NCBI GenBank assembly: GCA_010909165.1
Contig: MU008174.1
Coordinates: 248,001 to 312,000 of the forward strand
DNA from: Anthoceros angustus
Lineage: Eukaryota > Plantae > Anthocerotophyta
DNA length: 64,000 bases
Reading direction: 5' to 3'
A model generated the notes under the pieces. The model saw only the letters and a program-made list of their open reading frames with translations, was not told the origin of the DNA and did no database searches. Positions within the stretch are counted from its first letter, which is position 1, and the number at the start of each line of letters is the position of its first letter. Shown here in pieces: positions 42,071-53,900 of the stretch. Position numbers and translations under genes: made by a program.

Positions 42071-43745
42071 CTGCCGGGCTGTCTAGGATGGTATTTGAGC
42101 AACTTCGGGACCTTTTTCTCCCTGAAGACCCATCCAATAGCTTTCCACTGCTCTTTTCCCTGGCTGCTGCTGTGGCACGGGGGGAAGCGTCTCATCGGAT
42201 CTCTCAAGTCCTTTCAGCTAGTAGGCTCGTCGCTATGGACAAGCTTGCCTCGGGCTCTGGCGTGCATCCACTCGCGGCTGGGGAAGCCTTCATGCGGCTC
42301 CTTAGCCGTGCTATTGCCCTTCATTGCTGCTCCCTCCTCCAGCAGCACCTTAACCCCTTACAATTTGGCATTGCTACTCTGGGGGGTTGCGAGTCAGTGG
42401 TGTTTGGCGTACAAGCATGCCTTGACACCCACCCGAATTGGGTTATTTTATAGGTGGATGTTGAAAACGCCTTCAATACCATTTCCAGGAGCATCATCTT
42501 CGAGGAGCTCAGGGACACTGGTGGTGTCCTGGGGAGCCTTATACCTTTTGTCCGGTGCTTCTACGGGACGTCTTCCTATCTCTATTATCGACAGAACGCC
42601 TCGGATTGCTGCTTTCGCCTTGAATCACCACAAGTACTGTGCAAGGTGATCCTCTAGGCGGTGCCCCCTTTGCCATCACCCACTATAGGGCCCTTTCCAA
42701 GGCTGCTTCCTCTGCGTGTGACTATGTCTTCTCGTCGCTAGCAGATGACTCTCACATCCTTGGGTTTGGAGACAAGGTTCAGGAGGCCTTCCAGCTCTTC
42801 TCCCATGAGCTTTCTTTGGTTCGCTTAAAAGTAAAGCTCTCTAAGTGCCGTGTGTGGTCCCCGTCGGGTATCCTCCCCACTTTGCAGTTCCCAGATGGGG
42901 AGATTGCTCCGGCCTTGGGTCTACGGATTTTGGGGGTCCCCTTCGGCTCCCCTGACTTCATTGGGAGCTTCCTGGACCAGGCTCTCGCGAAGGACCTGTC
43001 CCATGTCGAGGACCTCCCCTGTTGGGGACTGCTTAAGTGGCCTTTGGAATTCTTTCCTCCTGCTTTGCTAGGCGCCCTGCTTACCTCATCCGCACGCTTC
43101 CCCCGACTCCGGTTCTCATGTCTTGACTTCAGGGGTTTGATAGGAAGATAATGGATACTCTTGGTGACATCATGGGCCTAAGGGCTTTCGAGAGCCCTGC
43201 GGGCAATTTGGCCCACTAACAGGCATCGATGTCAGTGCAGTTGGGGGGCGCTGCCCTTCTCTCACTAGAGGTCTCTTCCCCGACGGCTTTTTTAGGTAGT
43301 TGGGCCCTATCAGCTCCTGCTCTTGCCTCTCGGTTCATCCTCCATGACAAGCCCTTTCTAGAGGATCTTGTGTCTTGTGTGGAGGAGGGAACCTTCCCTC
43401 TCCAAATTTCTTTGAGGCGGGCTAGGGAAATGCTTTTTGCGGATGCTCGGCGGGATTTCCCTCCTTTCTCGACGTTTATCTTCGATGGTTTCAAGGGGTT
43501 GCAGGCATTGTTGCTTGAGAAGCAGGTTGGCTAGGCTTTCCAGTCCGTCCTCTTGGACTCCTCCATTCCTAGGTCCACAAGAGCTTGGCTTCGCTCTTTA
43601 TATGGTAAGGGCGCAGGCGCTTGGCTTCTCGCTCGTCCATGTATACGAGGTTTTGTCATCGCACCAACCACCTTCACCACTTCGATGTGATTCTGTCTTA
43701 GCCTGCTTCAGCCTGTAGCGTCTTCCCTTCTTACCTGCGAGTGCG
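42062..43745 (+). mobile_element. 5'-truncated RT-bearing part of a CRE-like RLE non-LTR retrotransposon (stops and frameshifts)
   Basis: HPLAAGEAFMRL, QFGIATLGGCE, DVENAFNTISR, QGDPLGG, SLADD, KVKLSKC, LRILGVPFG, GAGAWL and LTCECG-like end. Confidence 0.9.
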
Positions 43746-46700
43746 ACGCTCACACTATCATTGTCTTCATCATCCTCACCTATGATATCCTCATCGTCAT
43801 CATCTTGACTCATGTTATCCTCGTCTTGAGCCTCACCTTGCACTATTCGTCTTCCCTGTGCGCTTGTACCCACCACAAATTACCATGCATTTTTAGAATT
43901 CTCGTATAAAAAGACTTGCTCCACTTTCTCTGACACTAGTACAAATGGCTCATCCTCCAACTTTTCATTGGATAACATGACATTGTTAACCATGAACATA
44001 CGAGATGTATTTGTTTTGATGGCTGTGTGCTCTTTGTTCCATTGAGCCTTGAACCATCTCACCTTCAACACATTTACTTTGTTAGATGGCCCTAAGTCCA
44101 CCTCCAAAATCTCTTCCACCTTTCCAGCATAGGGAAAATTTGCTATACTAGGTTCGGTGTCCCCGCGATGTGAAACACATGCCTGGCTATATAGATGTTT
44201 TATAATGCTATCACATGTATTCTTTCCCCTATCTGCATCTATAGTCCTTATATGATTTCCATATGCCCACATCATTTTATATGATCGCACACGCTGAGGA
44301 GGTCCTCGCACAATTGCAGTCACATCCAACCCATAGGTTTGTACTGCATTTCTTTCTTCTGCTACTTTAACTTCATCTATCAACCATTCTGCAAAAGGAC
44401 GTTGCTCGTCGTCTATACCGTCATACACTTTTCGCCATTTTTGAGTACACGCTGAGTTTTCCACTAACACTTTCCTCATCTGTTGCATTTCCACATCATT
44501 CGGTCATAATTTTTGCCATTCTCTTGCAATAACACCCCACATTAGGTGACATCATCTTCTGATTTCCACACTCTTGGTGCCTCTTTATGTGTATTTCTAA
44601 AGAACTTTGAGCTATAAAATATTATCTTTTGTCCTAAGTATCCTAAAGCCATGCTACCTTGGTCGGGCTTTGTCGAACAAGTCCCTTTAACACTTTCATG
44701 TGCCTTTCTAAGAAATACATCCATCGATATCGAGTTGGTCCACATAATTCAACCTCCCGCACAAGATGAACAACAACATGTACTTGACTTGTCAGAAAAG
44801 TCGTTGGAAATTCCCTCTCCAACACACACATGATCTCCACACTTTTCACCTTCATAGCTGGAATTTCATCCTTCGCAATTTCTTTTGAACAAAGCCACCT
44901 AAATAGCTCGGCAAGATCACATATAGCCTTGTGAACATCATGATGTATTAATCCTTTCAAGACAATCGGCCACAAATCCGTTAGCAAATGGTGATGATCA
45001 TGAGACTTCAACCCGAAAATTCCCTCTTCATTCCCTTTAGAAAAACAACGCTTCAAATTTGACCCATACCCTGTAGGAGTACGTATGCTACAAATCCTTG
45101 TTCTCAATTTTTCCTCTGCATTTGCATACATTCGCCTCTTTTTGCTGCCATGTCCAAGAACCTGTGGTCTGTGTCGTTATAAATGTCCGTCCTGGTTCGC
45201 TGTGTTTTTTACCTTGCACCCCATTTACAACATTTTGGCCTCTTTGGCTCCTTCCAACAGGTGATGGCCTCGCATGGGGGCACCAATCTTGTTTGGTATT
45301 AGAATACTCAAGATCTCTACGACTAGCAAGGGAATCTTGATTCCCACAGATGTGTGCCAAAATCTGTTGACTTACATTCTTTCCAATGTGCATGATATCA
45401 AATAAGTGTCTGATCAACAATATCTGCAACCACCAAATAGCATGACTAAAAGTTAACCTTCATGAATAGCTCTTAGTCTACCTATCGATGCTACCAATAA
45501 CATAATTAAAATCTTCTTGAAAAGGGTAATACTTGCAAGACTCCATATGCACGCATACATACCTCCCGGTATGGAAGCTCCCAGAAAATTGAATGCTCGT
45601 CGCTAGTAACACCCTGTACTGCCTTCACCATTGTCTTTTGCATATTTTAAGTTAAAGCTTTCGATCATAATATCCTCGGGAGTTGGTGCATAGTCCGGAG
45701 GAATAATTCCTATCTTAGCCTTTCCATTGAATGAATCCCGCTCTTCCACTGTAAACTTGTATTCCTCTGGTAAAATTTTTCTAAAATTCTTATCATATGT
45801 CATTTTGTTTGTAAACATTAATCTTCTTGCTTCTAATTTGTCCCAATATATCAGACATGCCTGCTTCCCTTTTGTTTGCGTTTTAGAAGTGAAAGAATAT
45901 CCTGGATAATCATGCATCGTTCACAATAATAAGGCCTTCAATCTAAATTATCTTTGAGCATTTCCAATAGCCATAGAAGCATCTTGTACGACCACACCTT
46001 CCTCCCACAATACCTTTAACTCTTCGATGAGTGGTTGAAAATATGCATGTGCATCTTTTACTTCCTTCGGACTAGGGCTAATCATTGACAACAATATATG
46101 CCCATTCTTGATAGATAACCAACCAAATGTTGCGCGTCTTCTTAGCAAACTCTGGATAAGTATTGTCCACATGTCCCATGCACAGCGATCTGATGGGACC
46201 CGCATAATTCCATCATTAGACTTATTTGTGGCGTGCCATGATATCATACTTGCTAGCTCCGGACATCTAAACATTTGTTTCAACCTAGGAATCAATGGAA
46301 AATCTCGAAGTAGCTTAACGGGTACACTCGTTCTTCGTGTCAGTCCCATACCTATGTTTCCCACACATCTTGCAGAATAGCAATTCGGAAAACTCGTCCG
46401 TGAACAACATAAAATCATCTTGACAAGCATGTATGGTTGTACATGTTAGGCCAAACCCCTTAAGCATCTTCCTAATTTCAGGCCTACTTTTTAGCAACTT
46501 GTTGCCAACTGGGAGGCCTAATTTGCCTAGTAACGATAGAATTGAATTCAAAGATGCATCCGACCAGCCATGCCTCCTTTGGATGTTCAATAACAATAAA
46601 ATGAATGCTAATAAACTTATCTTGGCTCCATCCCATAGAGGCATAGTTGCTGCGGTGTGCATCGTCCTTAATTCCTCATGCAAGGAATCAACCTGTTCTT

Positions 46701-47200
46701 TAGTCATTTATGCAATGCCAAAAACCCCACCAAGTGCCTCCACCAACTCTATGGTCACTTGTTCATGGGGATGGATGTTGACATGTTCTTCATCAACCTC
46801 AGAATGATCATCAAAATCAATATCAATTTTTGTTCCTCTTCAATCTGATTATTCAATCACACATACAAAATGAATAAAAAATGAATATATAAAATATTGT
46901 AGTATCATATAAAATAATTCAATATTATAATTTAACAGTATTAATATAACCACTATTATTAAGAAAATATTGAACAAATCGGTACAGAGAGAGATCAGAA
47001 CACTCGGAAGTAAAACCAGACATTTCGCGTACGGGAGGGGGTAAGAATGACATCCTACTTATAAAACGAAGCTTGAACATTCGCGCGGAACAGAAAACCA
47101 CGCTCGGCATGCCAATAAGATCGGACAACGAAACCGCGCTGGGCTTGGCAATGACAAAGGAGAAAAAGACCAAGCTCGCCATGCCAATAATGTACATTAT
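43746..47200 (-). mobile_element. CACTA/En-Spm Tnp2 transposase relic (Transposase_21, DUF4218, DUF4216); no CACTA terminus found
   Basis: IHACQDDFMLF...CKMCGKHRY, FPLIPRLKQMF, FQPLIEELKVLW, MHDYPGY, DIMHIGKN, GLKSHDHH, HVVVHL...GP..YRWMYFLERHMKVLK and EPFVL..QVF. Short GCATGCCAATAA/CCATGCCAATAA repeats at about 47107 and 47177. Confidence 0.9.
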
Positions 47201-47929
47201 TATATAAAAATGACAGGAGTAAAGCAGCTACGCTCCGGGTTCCGACACGAGTCACCCTGGGAAAGCTCTGATCGTGCAGCAATGCACTTGAACACGACGA
47301 AGCTCTCTGCCTGGCATCCGCGGCGATCAGGAACAGCCTGTGCCAATTTCAATCTGCGCGACGGGCCATATCCGTAGCCTTGTACGGTCTGCTGCCCTCG
47401 TTCCCGCTGAATTTTGGCGAGGGAGCTTGGCAACCAAGATCGCACAAGCGCGCATCACGACTCATCAGAGAGCAAGAGCTGGTGAGTAAATGCGCGCTCG
47501 GATCCGACCGCTTACAGCAGGTCACCGTGCTTGTTGCCTGATTTGCGTTGTGCTAGGTCGCTCTGGGCATTGGGAAGGGGCAAAGAAGTGATGGTGCCAG
47601 ATTGCTCAGCTTGGGGGCCACCTGGTGGTGAGGAGGTTTTTCGAACTGGCGCGGGTGATTTTTGTTTTTATTCGCAGCTGAATTGAGCTCGTGAGGGCTC
47701 GACTGGGTGTGCTGCTGATTTAATTTTGTGCGTGTCTGGTGAATTAATGTAGGAGGCCCGTGGTTTTGGTGTCTGATTGCCGCTGCTGGTGTTGGATGTG
47801 TAGAGAAGGGTGGGAGCTCGCAGAGAGAGGCACATGATTTAAATGGATTTGCAGTCTCCGATGCCGGATATTTGGTTTTGGCATGAAGCTGTGAAATCCG
47901 ACTGACAATGCTGTTGGCACCAGGGCAAC

Positions 47930-50900
47930 ATGTTTGAAGCTCACGTGAGTATGCTGACTCGTGTTGGCTGGGGTGGTTGGACGGCTGAATTGGGGCCTGG
48001 CATGGGTTTGCTGAGAGTGGAGGGGAGAGAAGTCATGGAGAGGGAGGTCCATGTTGTTGCTGTTGGTGGTTTGTGCGTTTTCTGGACAGTGTGTTGGAGG
48101 GTTTGGCTTGAAGTTGAAAATGTAGAGCATTACGGTGTTGTAGCCGTTGGATTGGAAGCAGCAGTAGGTTTGGAGTAAAGTTCCGTGGAAGTGGGGTTAT
48201 GCCCCTGACTTGAACTGACAAGATGACTGTGCAGGTTTTGAACCTGCTGAAAAAGTATCTAGGGGAGTATGTCCGCGGACTATCAATAGAGGCCTTGAAG
48301 ATCAGTGTTTGGAAGGGTTTGGAAACTGTTGCCCTGTCCTTCGTGGTGTTTCAGAGCTGTTCATCCCATTCTGTACTAGTCCGCTCAGAAGGCGAAATGT
48401 TCTTCTAGGTGATGTCGTGCTCAAGGATTTGCAGCTGAAGGCTGAGGCGTTGAATGCATTGAAGCTGCCTATAACTGTGAAAGCTGGCTTTCTTGGATCG
48501 GTGACTTTGAAGGTGTGTATTAACAGGGAAGCCAGTTGTTGACCTTGTGGGGTCTCTGGTACAGTATTCTCCATGTTACAAGGGGAAGTCTGAACAACGT
48601 GTGCACGTCTTTGCAGGTCCCTTGGAATAAGCTGGGGAAAGAGCCAGTAGTAGTTCTTCTCGACCGCATCTTTGTTCTAGCTGAACCTTTGCGAGATGGA
48701 CATTCATCTGAGGTATTGATATATGCTGTTTTGAGTTGGAGCCAGTTCTTACAGGGAAGTGGCTTATGAAGTTCGTGGTGTCTCTTTGGGTATGTGATTG
48801 TGGCTTACATGTGGAGGATGTCATCTGTTGGCAGAAGGAAGACGAGGAGCAGTGGTTTGAAGCCAAAAGACGCAAGGTTGAGGTGTGGGCCGTGAACCAA
48901 GCTCACTAGTACTTTCAGTAGGACTTTTGGTAGCTTATTCACCCTTTTTGTGAATTGACTTTTGAAGTAAATGGTTTTTCTCCTGCTTTTCAGGATGCTG
49001 AAGTTGCAATGCTGGAAGCGAAGGATAAGAAGGCTGCCCCAACTGAAGCCGTTGGCCGCTCTGCCTCTCTGTCAAATCATGATGAACCTCTATGAGCTCC
49101 TTTCAGTTCTTTAGTATCCAGTATCCGCATCCAGGAACTGACAATGATGTTGTGTACCTTCTTTTCAGTCAGATGAGAGGAGCTCATGGTTAGGATCATT
49201 GATTGCTACTATAGTTGGCAACTTGAAGATTTCAATCACAAACTTGCACATACGCTATGAAGATACTATTAGGTAAGGTGGTGGCTTCATGTTGTCACTT
49301 GGTGTATTTGAACTGCACGCTGGTCGCGTCATTCACTTCACGAATGGGTTATGGTCGTCTCAGCAATCCTGGGCATCCATTCTGTGCCGGTGTCACATTG
49401 GCTACTCTTGCTGCTGTCACAATTGATGAGGCAGGAGCTGAAACTTTTGTCGCCAGTGGTGCGTTGGAGAAGCTTTGCAAGGTTGCCCTTGATTTGTGTC
49501 TTTTCTGCACCTCTATTTCCTACCAGTCGTGCTCCAGCATCAGTTGACCAAGTAAAGAGTAGCCTAGGATGTACTCATAGATGCTCACCTGGGTTTGCAG
49601 TCTCTACAGCTGTTGCGGTTTGCTATATACCATGATTCAGATAGTAAGCCATGGCAACCGGGAAAAAACTGGGAGGACATGTCACCACAAGAATGGACCG
49701 AGGTCCTGTTCGTATCCTATGTGCTTTGCAATGTCGTAGGCTGAAGGTTGGTCCTTATGTCTAGTAGGGGACTTGAGTGTGACTGGATCTCTCTGATTGT
49801 ACAGATTTTTGAGGAGGGTGTATTACAGGATGTGCATGAGGGTTCACTGCCATCAAAGTGGTCAAGTGGTCGTCAGTATCTGCTGCATCCTGTTGATGGC
49901 ATGATGAGATATTATCGTCGTGGCAAGCGAGAAAAGAGAGATAAAGACGTCCCGCTACAAGAGTTGTCGGTTGTACTGGATCAACTCTCAGTGACTGTCT
50001 CAGAGGTACCGATCATGAAGTTCCAGAGGTCTCAAATGCAGACCATATCTTTTCATGTTGATTGATATCTCTAGGGCTTGTGTCTCTGCAGCTCCAGTAC
50101 TGCGATGGTATGAAGCTCCTCGAATCTGTGTCACGATACAGAACAAGGATGCAGTATGCCCGCTTTCGGCCCTTAGCAGCGGTTTCAACTTCACCCCGTG
50201 CCTGGTGGCTGTATGGTTGCCAGGCAGTTTTGCAGCAACAGCGATTGATTTGGTAACCAATAGTAGCTTGCATTGGGAACTGTTGTTGTTGTCTTCCTCA
50301 ACATCTGAAGGTGGAGAATTGTTTCCTTTCTGGAGCGCTGTGCATGAAGTGATGCTATTTGTATCGGTGGTAGGTACCGTTTTTCCTGGCCAAAAATTGC
50401 ACACTACTGCCAGTTGCGAAGGAAGTACGTGCAATTGTACGCAAATTGTCTGCAGCAGGGCCCTAAAGTCAGCAATCCTGAGATCAAGAAATGGGATGAG
50501 GAGCTAGAAGTGGAGGTCATTCTTTTGTGGAGGTGCTTGCTAAGTCTGGAGACTTGCTAGTCATTTTCTCATGTGTTCTCATGGATCTAGACAAAATCTT
50601 ATACTTGAAGCTCTCTTGCTGATTTTGTTAAGGTTCTTGGCACACGCTAAAGTGGAGAGTACAAGATCAAAGGAAGCGGCCAGGGAAAGAGAACGGCTGA
50701 AGAAAAGCACGTGGTGGTCTTTAGGCTGGTTAGTGACCACAACTGTCGTGTTTCATAGATTATGGAAATACCCGGCTGGCTTGTCATTGTTATCTTTGTT
50801 GCTGATTGTTCCATGTTCTGAGACAAGCTGATCGAACCTTTCCGTTGTTATCTCAGGGGTACTGCTGATAAAGATGTTAGTGCAACTTCATCCATGGAGA

Positions 50901-53900
50901 TAGAGTCTTCTGTATCTGGACAGTTAACTGAAGAGGAATGGAAAACATTAAATGAACTGATGAGTTACAAACCTGGAGAGGAAGCAAGTCAGGAAGCTGC
51001 CAACATGTTGCAGATCACATATTCTATCACTATCCAAAGAAGCGCTGCACGTGTATTAGACCGCAGTAAAACTGAGATACTTTGTGGAACTTTCGTTAAT
51101 CTTCACGTTGGGCTCAGACTCTATCCAAAAACAGTGGACTGTGACCTGCAGTTGCAGTTTTATGGCCTGTCAGCTCCTGAAGGTCCACTTCTAGAGGTAT
51201 GCATGTGTATGAGTGTGAATTGTAGCTTATTGTCAATATGGGGGTTCCTGCTCCTGGTTGCATACGAAGTTCTTAGCGCTCTCCATATATGGGCCATCAC
51301 TGATCAGGGATGTGTGTTTCAGAGTGTCAGTCGAGAGGGAAGGGAGCATGCTCTGACGACAACTTTTGTGCATTCTCCTCTAGAAGAGCATTTGGATTGG
51401 AAGTTGTCCGCGACCATGTCACCAATGCATGTAACGGTAAGGTTTCCCCTTATTGCAACCATGATGTGGATGGGGAAGTGATCTTCAGGGCCTCACCACT
51501 GTGAACATTTCTATCTATGGGTGTAGGTTTGGAGAGCGAGTTTTGATCGCTTTCTTGGTTTTCTAAGGAGTGCTCGAGCCCTGAGCCCCGAGGTGGCATT
51601 CGAGACTGCTGCAGCATTGCAGGTACCTACAAACCGCTCTGGTACGATTTTGTTGCGCATATACCAATGCAGAGGCATTTCATTGTAGTTTTGGAATCTG
51701 ATGGGCTGCAGAGTAAGTTTGAAGAAGTGACTAGGCGAGCCCAGGAGCAGTTGCAACTTGTTCTTGAAGAAAGCAAAAGGTCTATTCTTAACAAGTAGCT
51801 ATAATTTGTTGGCAGTTTATACCGAAGGGTGCTGCAGCCTTTCATGCTTAACAGCACAGATTTCATCTGGCAAGACATTTAGATGTACATGGAAATCTGA
51901 CCCGTTTTGAAAATATGACGATGGTTGTCATAGCAGTTGATGGCTTTCAGTAATCAAGAATTGTGATGGGTGACGGCAGGTTTTCCATTTGCTTGGATCT
52001 CGATGCTCCCAAGATAACGATACCTGGCGATATGTTGGGAAATTCTGGGCGGAAGACTCAGTTACTAGTTGATCTTGGACATTTCAAGTTGCATACTGCT
52101 GTGAGTTTGCTATGAAAGGAAGAGCTAGCTTTCACAAATTGTGAGAGTTGCGCTTCTTGCTATCTAAAATCTTGCTTTGTTCGCAGGAACATAATGTGGA
52201 TGGGAAGCATAAGGATGGCCTTTATTCTCGATTTCACATTGTTGGTAGTGATATATCAGCCTTCTTGGCAGATGGTCACTTTGATTGGTCAGAAGCACCT
52301 TCAGATTTGATTGGCGATGTTGACATGGAATTTGACCAGTGTGGTGGACTGGGCCGCCAGATATTTCCAGTGCTAGATCGATGTGGAATGTCAGTTGTTT
52401 TTGATCAGGTGCAGTGACGGGCACTTGCAAGGAGGTCCCTTGTGCATGCACTGATGTTTGAGTATTCTAAACTGCTGCTGAATGTGGCAGATTCAAGTTC
52501 CACACGCAAGTTCCCCATCTACCCGTGTGGCTATTCAGGTTCCTCGTGTTGGCTTGCACTTCTCACCTGCCAGATATGAGCGGCTTATGTGCTTGATGAA
52601 AGCAGTGTCAGGAGTTGAGCAGCAAAATGAGCACAACAGCATTGCAGCAGCGTCAGAAGGTGTTGCATCTTGGCATCCAGGGGATCATGCTGGTGAAGTT
52701 CGGGTCCTGCTCTGGGGGGTGAGACTGGCTGAACCATTAGTGGCTAGGTCTGCCTATCGGTAGTGATTTTCAAGTCCCTAATTTGTACTGTCTATTACAG
52801 GGAATAGGCAGTACAGTGGCAGAGTGGCAGTCTCGTTGGGCTGTTCTGGCAGGTCCATATCTTTATATTTTGGAGTCAGATACAGCCCCGACATATCAAA
52901 GGTGTTTCAGGTATTCAACATTGCAACACTCTGATTTGATCCATTCGTGATGCAGTTGAGTGCCTGGTTCTCACAATTAGTTTTTCATGATGTGCATCAC
53001 AGTTTAATGGGCAAACAGGTCATGGAGATCCCACCTGCAGTGATTGGGGGCTCAGATAATGCCATTGCTGTTTGTAGTCGAGGGACTGACCTGCAGAAGG
53101 TACGAGAACACTTGGTCAAATGTGTTTTGGCAGGTTTTTTTGTTTAGGTTGCAGTTTAAGAGTCACTAATACACGTGCAAGTTACATGGCATTTTGCATC
53201 TGTTGTCTTCATGCTTGAGATTGTAGATATTTCTGTGTGGTCGATTAACAGTGAGAAGTGCATTTGAAGGTCGTTGAATCATCGAGCGCTGCAGTCATGC
53301 AACTAAGGACTGAGGACGTAAAATCTGCCTGGCTAAATCATCTTACCCTTGCAACTAACAAAGCTGCTGTAAGTGGTGATAGTATTTGGAGTCAGGCTCC
53401 TGCAGGTGGCAGTTCAATTAAACATGGTTAACAGTGTGCTTATGTGAATTGGTGAATGGAATTGCAGGCATCCACGGCACTGTCATTGCCTACAGCATTG
53501 GGTGGGGAGATGCAAGAATCAAGACTGAAGCCACCTGATCAGCTTAATCTGTTTGTAGCGGGTTCCTTGGATGAGCTACAGCTCTTTATAAGTGGAACGG
53601 TAGGTAATGCTTGGCTAATATGAGGCTGCTGAATACCACCAATATACTTGAGCCTTAATAGTTAGGATGGGACACCTCTCTGCTGCTGCCATACAGGTGT
53701 TATGCTTATTCTTGTACTCTCGTCATGTACATTGTCCTCTCAGACTGCTTACATCAGTCCTGGATCAAGCCCTGAAGAACGTCTCATTGCAGAGGTTCAA
53801 GCTTACGGTGGGAAGGTACTTATAAATTGCCAGCAGAATAGAGCATGTTGGTGATGCTAAGTTGAAAAACAATGCTCTGATTGTTTGACAATTCAGGTAG

